DNA of 64,000 nt from positions 52,762,001 through 52,826,000 of the forward strand of contig JAGIQG010000012.1 of NCBI GenBank assembly GCA_024679065.1, written 5' to 3'. A program made the position numbers and the translations under genes. Shown here piece by piece: positions 14,106 to 25,316 of this stretch (its first letter is position 1; the number at the start of each line of letters is the position of its first letter). The stretch is from Sphyrna mokarran. Its lineage: Eukaryota. Below the pieces are notes generated by a model, which worked only from the letters and a program-made list of their open reading frames with translations, was not told the origin of the DNA and ran no database searches.

Positions 14106-14639
14106 TGTTTACCCTCCAAATCCAATGTTTGAGAGACCAGAAGCTATGGCCCAATATTTATAGGGAACATTTAAAATGAAAGAAATGTGTTAAACACTTC
14201 TTTTCCACTTAAAAACTCGTTGTAAATGTAGCCTAAATAGGATTTAAATACTGCTCTCGCATTTATACATATTTTAATAGCACCCTCATTGCACTTCTGG
14301 ATAGCAAACAAAGCATGTTTCTTACTTGATACGTGATTGCTTTCCCCTTGTCCTTGGAACCATTCTTTATTCAGTCTCTATTCAGATGACAATAACTCTT
14401 TGTTCTTCTCTTGTTCTCAGGTTAGAAGGAACATGCTTTCCTACAGCCTCCCCATTTGTTAAATTCAAGATTCACTGCCTCCTACTCTAACTTATTGTTT
14501 CTGCAACTTTGATGATTTAAGGTCACTGTCTTCACAATCCTCTGTCCAACAACCTGCATTCTTTCCAATCCCAGGGAAAGCATCCCTTAAATCATTTCTT
14601 GTCAATATAGTTTCTCTATTTTTTAGATCTTTCTCAATC

Positions 14640-15010
14640 TTGTGTACCAGTGGGTCTCGCTGGCTAGGCCAACATTTTTACTGCCCATACTTAATTGCCT
14701 TCAAGGTGGTGGCGGTGGTGGTGATAAGCAGTAAGCCACCTTCTTAAATCACTGCAGTCCATACACAATACCCACAGTGTTGTTAGGGAAGAAGTTCCAA
14801 GATTTTGACCCAGCAACAGTGAAGGATTGGAAATATTTCTAAATCAGGATGGTGAGCTATTTGGAGGGGAACTCGCAGGCGGTTGTTTCCCATGCATCTG
14901 TTACTCTTCCAGGTCCTTTTAATATGGTGGCAGTTGAGGGTTTGGAAGTTGCTTTTGAAGGAGTTTCGGTGAGTTGCAGTAAGGCATCTTGTACATGGCA
15001 TATACCATGG
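14640..15010 (-). mobile_element. LINE 3' end (CR1/L2 group, second family)
   Basis: gctggctaggccaacatttttactgcccatacttaattgccttcaaggtggtgg...; the minus-strand ORF ends CCWVKILELLP (the frameshifted SWNSLP region). Confidence 0.7.
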
Positions 15011-15984
15011 TATGGCTTAGCACAAAATGTGAAGTTATTTTACAGAGCTCCTCTCCACCTCAAGAGATCTCATTTCACATTGAATTCAGTGCATGGCATG
15101 CATTTCTTCAAAGCTTCATTCTAAGTACTTATCATTGCTCCTGAAAGCAGCGTTGTGATGAGCATTTTCAATGTGAAAAGTGCCATACCATGTAACAAAA
15201 CCTCCATTTTACAGTGAAGATGCACGTCATCCCCTTGATGCAAAATCCGACCATTAGTTTCAGGCACCACGGGGAGAATGTTACATTTCCCTGCCGGTGT
15301 GTTTGCAGGAAAAGGGTCTCGTAAAATCCCCATGAATCCTTTCTGTCACACTCCTACTCGTCCCATCAGCAATTTTGCAGGGTGGCAGGTGAGGTCTGGA
15401 GTGGCCTCTCCACTCGCCCTAATCCAGAGACTTAAATAGCTAATTATTGGCCCCAATTATGCGGCCGACAGGAGGGGTTCATGGGCAGGACCAGATTGGC
15501 CGGCTGTTCTTAAATGCAGGACTACCACCCGAGTGAGGGGCAAAGACCTGTCACCAGGCTATACACTCCTTGGTGTTAAATAACTTTGGGGCTGCTGTGA
15601 TCAAAGCACTGCATTCTCCTTTGATTCTTTAAGTTGCAACAAAGATAAAAAAAATTCAAAATCGGACACTGCACACAGTTACTGAAGTGTGTCAACTGAA
15701 TTTTGTTTTATGTATTTTAATCCACTTATTAAACGTTTTGCTTGAAGACCCCAGCCTCAAGTTAGTTTGGGGTGATTCCTTTTTAAAGGGAACCGATATA
15801 AATGAAAGTAAAGGGGCATATTAGAGGAGCTGATGTCCCCATAACCACATTACGACTACAACAACGTCCCTCAATCACTGCAGATAAACTATTCAATTAT
15901 GACAGAAGCTCTCTAAACACTGCAAAAGTAGTCTGAGCCTACATGCATGCACTCTGATATTGGCTATCATGGACATGCCAGAGG

Positions 15985-16277
15985 AATACAGAATCTCTGC
16001 AGTGCAGGAGGCCATTCAGCCCATCGAAAGTGCACTGACCTGATTTTAAAAAATCTTACTCAGGCCCTGTCCCCATAATCCCATGTATTTATCCCAGAGA
16101 AAATTAGCTTGGCCAATCCCATCTAATCTGTACATCTTTGGAGGATGGGAGGAAACTGGGACATCTGGAGGAAACCCAGGCAGCATGGGCAGAACGTGAA
16201 AACTTCACACAATTACCCAAGACTGGAATCAAACTCAGATTCCTGGCATTGAGGCAGCAGTGCTAAACACTGTGCCG
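15985..16277 (-). mobile_element. HE1/V-SINE with CR1-type tail
   Basis: tRNA-like head (ggcacagtgtttagcactgctgcctca), V-domain (gggtttcctcc...gtttcctccc) and tail gatgggctgaatggcctcct. Confidence 0.85.
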
Positions 16278-17069
16278 GAGTTGTAGCAAAGGGCTTCTTC
16301 AGGCCTAATCATCTTATTCCTTCCCTTCTTACTTCAATTCCACCCTACACTTTGCATGACAAACTGCAGAGAATTTCCTCAAGCACGTTTCTTTGCGCTC
16401 TCTTCACAGTAAAAGCCAACTCTTGATCTTATCTTGCATTTAAGGTGCAGAAAATGTGAAAGCAGCTGTGCCACTTCAGGAAAAAAAAAATGAAGTCAGC
16501 ATTACAGAAGATGCAGAGTTAATTGATCTCTCCCATTTAAGTATCAGCTTAAAAACTGGCACCATACATCTTTTTGAAGCTAGACTACAGGAAGGATCTT
16601 CACATGAAGAATCAGTAAGGATGACTGTACAGGGCTCAGCTTACTGGAAGGCAAGTCAAATATTAACTCTGCTTCAGAGCCAAGGGCAGCAGATGGACAT
16701 ACATCAGGAAATGCAAGCCCACTGAGCAAACTATCACTGAGCATTGAAGGGAACACAAGTATTTTTCACCTAGATATGTGTTTAGAGCCCTGCACTGTCC
16801 TGAAGGAGGTGGTGAATGGATAAGAGTTTTAGGTTCTGCACACGTATGGGAAAGAGGCAGATAAAGAGTCGGTGACAAGATGATGGAAAAATGGATTCAG
16901 TTGTTACAAAGTGTGAAAGGGGAAGAGTGGATGTATTTAGTGATGGGTTCATGTTGGAGGTGGCAGAAATTATTGCACTGCAGGAGGATGAGGATGAGGA
17001 ATTTGAACACTCAGTTCAGAGCCCCAAGGTGCCATGCCTCAGGGTAGATATATTTTACTTTTGAGTGAT

Positions 17070-17585
17070 AACAACATAAGAAACATCTCCAACACTCAGT
17101 AAGATCATGGCTACTCAACTCCATCTTCCTACCCAATCCCTATTTCCCTTGACTGCCTTCATGTTCAAAAAAATATTGATTCTAGTCTTGAATACATTAA
17201 TTAGTTGAACAACCACATCCTCTGGGCTAGAGAATTCCAAAGACCCACAACCCTCTAAGTAAAGAAATTTCTCAGTTCAATCCCAAATAGTCAAACCCTT
17301 ATCGCAAGCCTTTGACCTATCATTCTCCATTCTTCAGTCAGAGTTAACAGTCTCCTCGAACCCATCCTATCAAGTCCTCTAGGAATTTTATATGTTTGAA
17401 TGCGCATTCTTCTAAACTCCAAAGAATATCGGCCCATTCTCCATAATCCTCTCCACAGAGCAACTCTTTCTCTATCGATGAATCATTCTAGTGTTCCTTT
17501 GTTGTAACTCCCAAGGCAAGTATATCCTCCTTTGATCAAATCTATACACAGCACTCCAAGTGCGGTCTCACCAAAGTCCTCATCT
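17070..17585 (-). mobile_element. CR1 3' fragment
   Basis: agaattccaaagacccacaaccctct...aagaaatttct and gcggtctcaccaaag are the reverse complement of the CR1 ORF2 C-terminus. Confidence 0.75.
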
Positions 17586-19384
17586 ATTGAAATAGAAAAT
17601 GTTTTTTTTAAAATGTGACTATCATTGTTCACTTCCTTACCTACAATTTGTTCAAAAATCAAAATTCTAGTTTATATTTAATCATATTATCCTTAAACAT
17701 AATATGAAATTACATGTTATGATCACTCTTCCCTTGAAAATCTTTTGTCATTCTTTCCAGTTAAACCACTGACATTTATCTCTAAAGTATTTCAACTGCC
17801 CAATTGGTTTCTCAATACATTTTTTGAGAAAATTGTCTCAAATGCATTTCATGAACTTGTCTTCCAAACTATATTTAGCCAATTTATAAGCTAAGAAATA
17901 CATTGCAAGTAAAAAAACACTGCAATTCTGAACTCACAAAAGTTATTTGTTGTCATGAGACAAGCTAAATATTACTTTTAACAAGATTATATTTTAAAAC
18001 AGGCATTTAATCACTGATGTGGTGAATTGATACTCCAAGATCTTGCATCCTATGGTGCTAAGGCATGAATTTATGCACACAATTCCTTAACTGATAAAAT
18101 TCTAATCCTGGCAATGTTATCCAAGTTAAAGGAAGCACAAGAGTATAAATTAGATCCATCGACATTAAAATATTATCAGCAATAAACAGGAAAGAGGGCA
18201 GAAACAAAAATGTTGGAGGGTATCAGAGGCATTTTTGGCTTTAGGACAGAAGGGGATTTAACCCAAGTCAATAAAAATTAGTGTTTTGGGTGGAGGTAGA
18301 AAAAAAAATAAAAATCTCCTTTGCCCATTTTCTACTCATATCTATAAGAGGAAGAGCAGGAATCACACCCCTCCTGCCTGTGCAATCATTGGTATTGCTA
18401 GCAGAACACATTTAATCTAGACTATAATACTGACAGGTGCGAGAAAAAAAAACTGGTTTCACCAAGAACAGAACTATTTTGATTAGATACTAGAAAGACT
18501 TAATTCTGGAAATTCTTCTTGTTAAAGCTAATAATAACCAGCCTTAGTACTTGTCTTGAATACTACATACTGAAAATATCTTCAAGACTAGCATGATAGT
18601 TTTGTTGATTTTATTGCAGCCAGTTCTGAACCAGACTTCTATTATTACAGTATGGGAACGTGTCATTTAGTGAGCAGTGTGGTGGATTATCACAGACAAT
18701 TCGACTGAGGCATGGTAACCAATCCAGACTTAAGTTCATGGTCTATGTCTACATCATCATACCTAGCACCACTTGGCAGAAAACATCCAAGAGATATACT
18801 TAGATGGTTTTCCTCTCTCCCCCCGCCCAAACCGTTACTGCTAACTCTGCACCGACCCTTTCTTAGTCTATGTGGCTCACTTATTCAATGAATAAAATCA
18901 ACAATTTGTAGGAGTCGCCTCTGTGCTTTTTTTTTTGAAAAGAAGGAAGTTTTCTGTCATTACCCCTCTCACTGAAATTACTGAATTATGTCCTGTGAAA
19001 TAACTCTTTAAAACACTCAAATTAGTTTAAGTCAAGGTTATCATCAGCTCATATAAAGCCTGGACACTTTCTTTACATATTATACATTAATGAAGCTAAC
19101 AAAATGATGAGATATTGTAGGCCTTCTATTACAGGCAATGAAGTCAGATTTTTCTTCTAATTACTTGAATAATGGTTCTTCAATCTGTTAATCCATTGCC
19201 ATCCAACACAAGTTGCTGAAGAGATACACGTTGCTTCACTTTAGCTGCATGCTCTAATTTTAGTAGAAAACGCACACAAACACTTATGAAATGAGCCATA
19301 TCTAGATTCCCAATTCCTCACATGACGATCATGGACAATGTATGGGACGACACAGATCTAACTGACAAATAATTAAAATGAATT

Positions 19385-19642
19385 TAAGATTTAAAATGTA
19401 TTCATTAGTGTCACAAGTAGGCTTATATTGACATTGCAACGAAGTTACTGTGGAAAATCCCTGGTCGGGTACACTGAACACAGCCAATGCACCTAACAGC
19501 AAGCTTTTCAGACTGCAGGAGGAAATAGGAACAGCTGGAGGAAATCCATGTAAACGCAGGGAGAATTTGCAAATTCCACACAGACAGTGACCCAAGCTGG
19601 GAATCGAACCTGGGTTCCTGGCGCTGAGAGGCAACAATGCTA
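19385..19642 (-). mobile_element. V-SINE, subfamily with ...gtaagcctacttgtgacactaataaa tail
   Basis: ggttcgattcccagcttgggtcactgtctgtgtgg head/body. Tail shared with 24677, 35168, 41010 and 55930. Confidence 0.88.
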
Positions 19643-19767
19643 GCTTGAAATTTAAAAATTCATTATTATAACCATACAATATTATAATCATCCTTTTTAA
19701 TCATATATTCTTGTGAAGCCAAAACATTGTCAAGTAATTGGCTGCAGACAGGATCATTAAACATAAC

Positions 19768-20082
19768 TGGTGGCACAGTGGTTATGGCAGCACAATGGCA
19801 CAGTGATTGGCACTGCTTCTCACAGCACCAGGGACACAAATTCAGTTCTGGCCTCAGATCACTGTTTGCATGGAGTTTTCACCTTATCTTCATGTTTGCA
19901 TGGGTTTCCTCCGGATGCCCTAGTTTCCTCCCATATTCCAAAAAAATGAGAGTGTTAGCTTGATTCGCCATGCAAAATTACTTCTTAATCTCAGGGGAAC
20001 TAGAGTTAAATATGTGGGGTTACAGGGAAAGGGCCTGGGTGGAACTGTTGTTGGTGCAGACTCAATGGCCTCCTTCTGTATG
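19768..20082 (+). mobile_element. HE1/V-SINE with CR1-type tail
   Basis: ggtggcacagtggtt...gggtttcctccggatgcc...ggtgcagactcaatggcctccttctg. Confidence 0.85.
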
Positions 20083-21324
20083 TATTTTATGACTAATTCG
20101 TCAAAATTGAAACTCAAGTAATCAGATATTAATAATTCATGAGACCGCATGAAGAACTAACAGACATCATACATCATTTATGATACACATCATAAATCAA
20201 AATTCTACCCTCAGTCGAACCGGTTACTCATCTGATGACAACATTTTTGGACCTGAAGTGTGCAAAATAGCTGCATTTACCAGTTTAGCAGACATAAATA
20301 TTTAACGTGAAGTGATTCGTTAAAAAATTTGAAGATGCACATCAACATTTGGGTACATTTTCAGTTTTGGGCCCAATCTAAATGCTGCCAGGGAGTTAGT
20401 AGTGACAAATTTTACTTTTGGTGGGTATTTTTGTTTCTCCGGCTCCATGAGAATTTCGACAGAATACTCTTCAATTGTATTTCAAGCAGCAACTGAAAAC
20501 CTGCCTTTTAAATTGCATTTACGCTTTTAAATGCTTCATGCAATCGGGCAAAATCAAGCTAAGCCCTATGGCAGACAGGTAGGTGGTCCAGGTATTCTCA
20601 CACTTACACGCCATCTCAGAATGGCATTAGTGGTGCCGTGGGCATCAACAGGACAACTAACCCCACCTAATTTTTAAATTCCGCTCACTTATTTGTCTGG
20701 TGAAAGTATGTGCCAACAGTTGAAAATCACCCTTTTGGCAAGACACCAAACAACTATCTTTCCCAAGTATGCTCCCACAGGTAAATTAACAACTGCACAT
20801 TTTGAACATTGACTATAACATTCTTTTTACTTTTGAATTAAAAAAAAATCAGCAACAACCATGGGGAGCTGCATAATAAGAACAGTAATCACCAATATCA
20901 ACATTATTGTTAACACTACCTAATTCTGGAGAACATACCAACCAAACAGATAGTTCTCTCAAGGCCATTTTGAAGGCTAAATTTGAAGTGATTAAAAACC
21001 TGAATAAAAGAATAGGGTTTCAATAGATTGATGCACTGGAGTAAATATTCATATCAGAGTTTTAGCTGAAGGTGCAGAATGACATTCAGTTAGCTTGAGT
21101 GGATATTGCTTAATGCTCATTAAAGTAAGATGGGGAATTAATAGGGGTATGCTGGAGTAGTTTCTGGGTGATGACGCTTGTTTATTCAGTGTTGTTTGTC
21201 TAAAAGTACAAAAATGGCTACGTAAATGTAAGTCATTATTTCTAAGTATAGCCTATTAAAATTTGAAGTTTATCTCTCATCTTCTGTCATACATAAAGGC
21301 GTTGTCATTGGTTTGGCACCAGTA

Positions 21325-21400
21325 GGTCAGAAGACAGAACATTACAGTGCAGTACAAGCCCTTCAGCCCTTTATGTTGCGCCGACCTGTGAAACCAATCT
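21325..21400 (-). mobile_element. CR1 3' tail fragment
   Basis: agaacattacagtgcagtacaagcccttcagccctttatgttgcgccgacc is the reverse complement of the tail seen at 60690-60740. Confidence 0.7.
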
Positions 21401-21559
21401 AAAGCTAGTTTGCAACTATCCTGATGAAACTCAGCCACAAAGACTCATGGCTTATCTCTTCTATGACAGTAACTTGCTCTTCCTCACTATAAGAACAAAG
21501 AAAACCATGGTGGTGTGTCAGGTGTCACATTTCTGCGCTTTGCCATTCAATTTGTAAGT

Positions 21560-21693
21560 TGGGTGGATTAGCAATAGTAAATGTGCAGGGTTACGGGAAA
21601 TGGTGGAGGGGACCTGGGTGGGATACACTTTTGCAGAGTCGTTGCAGATGTAATGAGCCAAATGGTCTCCTTCTGCACTGTAGGGATTCTATG
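21560..21693 (+). mobile_element. HE1 SINE 3' half
   Basis: ggtggattagcaatagtaaatgtgcagggttacggg...gagccaaatggtctccttctgcactgtagggattctatg. Confidence 0.8.
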
Positions 21694-21974
21694 GATAAAT
21701 AACGCCCAACTCGAAGAGGCTAGAGAATTCTGCTGCATTGGTTCCACGATGACAATCTTGACACAGAATAACATGTAGGGGTGGCAGCTTTTGGTTAACT
21801 GATGAAAAGCAAATGGAATAAAATCAGGCTGACTTTCAGGCGCAAGATACTGGTTAACGAGACCTGTGATGTGTGACTGTGAAACAGCGACGACTTTACA
21901 GCTATAAAGAAAGTCAGCTCAATGGCTTTCATCTTCACAGTTCATGCTGTATTCTGAGCACCATAAGGAAAGAA

Positions 21975-22170
21975 GGGGGGGATTTCTCCAGGCTCCCAGC
22001 TGGTGTTTCTCAAAGGCGGGAGATGGTGTGCCACCCGCTAGTGGTATGATTCTTTGGTCCTGGCACTGTCAACAGGATTTCCCCATGCCGCTGCAAAACT
22101 TGCGGGAGGGGGTGCATTGCCAGCATGACCGGAGAATCCCATCAGCATGAATGACCAGAGAATTTCCATC
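21975..22170. mobile_element. GC-rich MITE-like element inserted in the RTE relic
   Basis: gggggggatttctcc...cagagaatttccatc termini. RTE sequence resumes on both sides, with AGAA on both flanks. Confidence 0.65.
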
Positions 22171-22267
22171 AGAATCACAAAGGTCCTCTGAAAGGCAAAC
22201 GTACTAAGTATATTGGAATCAGGCAGAGACAAGTTTGTTGGCTTGGATACGTTCGTAGTTTGAAATA

Positions 22268-22516
22268 ATCAAATCCCTACAGTGCAGGAGGTGGCCATTT
22301 GGCCCATCGAGCCTGCACCCATCCAGGCTGCATCCCCACAACCCTATACATCTACCCTAGCTAGCCCCCCAACACTAAGGGGCAATTTAGCATGACTAGT
22401 CCATCTATCCTGCACATCTTTGGGGAGGAAACTCACGCAGAAAGGGGGAGAAGGTACAATGCCACCCAAGCTGGGAATTGAACCTGCGTCCCTAGCACTG
22501 TGAGGAAGCAGTGCCG
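22268..22516 (-). mobile_element. HE1/V-SINE
   Basis: ccctacagtgcaggaggtggccatttggcccatcgag...gggaattgaacctgcgtccctagcactgtgagg. Confidence 0.85.
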
Positions 22517-23276
22517 CTCTCGCATATGGTGAAGTAGCTGAAGCCAGAAGATCAGCAGAACATCTAAACCTCTGCTAAGGATGCTTGCAGGCATGATATT
22601 AGCTTCTAAACATCGACTTTTAATCATGGGAGACGTTAGCCCACAGAAGGAAATGGTAGCAAGTATAGGCCAAAGGTCAGCATCAGGGTGGTCAGCAGCC
22701 ACAGCTACTAACACCAAAAACAATAATCCTCAATGACATCTGATAATCACTTCCCACGAGGAACTGAAATGTCAAAGCATAAATGCTATTGTGTGCAATG
22801 AGTCCCAATTTATGTATAATTGGAGGCTTCCACTACCAATCTCAATTTAACATTTTGAGATGGGCTGTTCAGGGGTTAGTTGTTAATGCACTTCTGAAAA
22901 TTAGAATTTGAAATCATTTTCTGTTCTTCCCAGAGGCACAACTAAATATTAGTTTTTCAGAAGGAGTATTATGAATGTATTAGAAAGTGAAGAGTGTGAG
23001 TCTTTAAGTTGAGGTTTTATTTTCTGAGAAAATTGAAAATTAGGAATATATTCTTAATAGGAGTGAAACAGATTGCACCTCTCAAAACATGCTGTGATAT
23101 TATTAAATCTCAGCTCCAAGAATGAGCGCAGAAGAGAGAGGGAGAAGTTATGGATCATCACATTCGCCACATGATGTGCAGAATGCTTCTGAGGTGTCTC
23201 CATTCTGATCCTATTACTTTGTCTTTACAGTTTTTGCCTTACTGGTTCTTACAAAACCATTTGTAGATCACAGTAA

Positions 23277-23477
23277 TGATGTGGAGTTGCCGAGGTTGGA
23301 CTGGAGTAGGCACCGTAAATAATCTCACAATGCCAGGTTAAAGTCCAACAGGTTTATTTGGTGGCACGAGCTTTCACAGCACTGTTCCTTCATCAGGTGA
23401 GCATAATCAGTGCTCCAAAAGCTTGTGTTTCCAAATAAACTTGTTGGACTTTAATCTGGTATTGTGATACTACTTAC
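23277..23477. mobile_element. Penelope-derived palindromic non-autonomous element with hammerhead core and 13-bp TSD
   Basis: Inverted arms 23315-23384 / 23408-23477. Minus strand CTGATGA-aggaacagtgctgt-GAAA-gctc. TSD tagat(c/t)acagtaa at 23264-23276 and 23478-23490. Confidence 0.8.
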
Positions 23478-24491
23478 TAGATTACAGTAAAGCAGCAATT
23501 AAATGCAAAGAGAAATGACCAGCTGCATTGTTCACATTAAACCAAGAGGACGTGAAGGGTAGAGATTTGCTTTTGTTACTGTATGAGACACTGCTGTGAT
23601 GATATAATAATAAATTTCATTATAATTGTTTCTACAGCATTTACAGTAAGTGCCTCATAAAAATTCCATGCTGCAGTGACCCTCCAATCAAAATGTTTGC
23701 CTTTCCTACATGTTTATCATCTGCATTGTATACAGCAAATAAACAAAATTAAAATTTAACTGCTATATTTAACCAAACATTTCTGTAAACTAGTCCACAA
23801 ACCAGTCCCACTCTAGCTGGGTATTCCTGCTTTAATATGCAACGTTATCCGATAACACAACTTGACATCTGCAGAAGCAGTGAAACATGTTATCTCTTCT
23901 GCATGTTTCCACCGAGTTAAGACTAGAGCGGTAACACCTCATAACCCAAGCATTTCACATACTACTCTGCTAAACTTAATGCCAAATTCTCCCAAGATTT
24001 TCAGCCACATAAGGGCCTTCACACAAATGCTTCTCTTAAAAATCCTGCACAGCACTCATGATTGTGTTGACATCCAGCTATAGACTTTAAGTTTACAGTC
24101 TGGCAACAGGAGGAATTCTTGAGATGTTTAGCTATCTTTAACTGGAGCCCTTCTTGCTTTTGCCTCATCATGATCAGAACAGTGTATTGGATACTAGGGC
24201 CTAGACAGAAGGAAAAGAAGGAACAAAAGTAATTCTCTTTCATTCTAAGCAGCTCAGAATCAAAGAAAATATGTCTTCAATGCTTTTGCCTCTGCTATAC
24301 AATTTTGTGTGAACTTCTTTGCCAACAACAGCTAAATTTTTTTGAACAGTAATTTTTGTAAGGATATGCATAATAGTCTCCAATCAAAACAAATTCACAT
24401 TACTATCACGTAAAGTAAGATTGTTTATAGGCATCTCTAATGAACAGAAGATTTTGTGTCTAACATGCACAGCACTCTAACTCGACGTATA

Positions 24492-24981
24492 GGTCGGAAT
24501 TCTCTGGCCGTTCACGATGGTGGGATTCTTTGGTCCCACCAGCAGTACAGCCCTGCTGCGAGTTTCCCAGTGGCATGGAGTGATTTCAAACTGAATTCCC
24601 ATTGACAGTAGTGGGACCAAAAGATCACACCACCACCAAGTGGTGCGCAAGCTCTTGCCAACGAGAAAAATGGCCAATGCACAGTGGTTAGCCTCAGTAC
24701 CAGGGACCCAGATTCGATTTCTGGCTTGGGTCACTGTTTTTGCCAAGTCTGCAAGGATCTTCTCCGGGTGTTCCAGCTTCCTCCCACAGTCCGAAAGGTG
24801 TAGTTAGGTGCATTGGCCATGCTAAATTCTCCCTCAACGTATCCGAACAGGCACCAGAATATGGTGGCTAGAAGATTTTCACAGTAATTTCATTGCAGTG
24901 TTAATGTAAGCCTACTTGTGATACTAATAAAAACAAAAATTATAAGTTAAAACATTGAGGCAAGGTCAGAGAATCTCACCC
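24492..24981. mobile_element. GC-rich MITE-like element split by a V-SINE
   Basis: Termini ggtcggaattctctgg ... tcagagaatctcaccc. The SINE occupies ~24677-24945. Confidence 0.65.
24677..24945 (+). mobile_element. V-SINE (gtgacactaataaa-tail subfamily)
   Basis: gcacagtggttagcctcag...cttgggtcactg...ttaatgtaagcctacttgtgatactaataaaaac. Confidence 0.87.
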
Positions 24982-25282
24982 ATGACAAACGCAAATATGA
25001 CAGAATTCTAGGAAAGTTCACCAACTTCAAAACTTCTTTTTTGGCAACATCCTTTAATTTATCAGCAGACTACCTTAGCCAAAGGGATGTTCAATACTTT
25101 GGCCTTTAATTGGAAGTTGATGCTGAATGTCAAGTTGCTTTTCCACAGCAGTTAGCTTAATAGAAAAATGGATGTATTTCTAGTTTAAAGGCTGAATAAG
25201 AGATTGTTAATCTCTGGATGGACATTTGGGGCAAAGGTATTAATCAGCAGTACTTTTGGCTTTAGAAGAATTTCACCAAATT

Positions 25283-25283
<1 letters not shown>

Positions 25284-25316
<33 letters not shown>
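25284..25316 (+). repeat. C33 homopolymer (G33 on the transcribed strand)
   Basis: Direct read of the sequence. Confidence 0.95.

Larger units (their letters stand above)
21420..22720 (+). mobile_element. RTE-clade LINE relic interrupted by three younger insertions
   Basis: Decayed peptides resembling LTI..KKTMV, FC.IGST, LNGFHL...IL, IRQRQ..WLG.VR and KDACR.D....NID...WETLA (RTE ORF C-terminal half). Confidence 0.65.
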
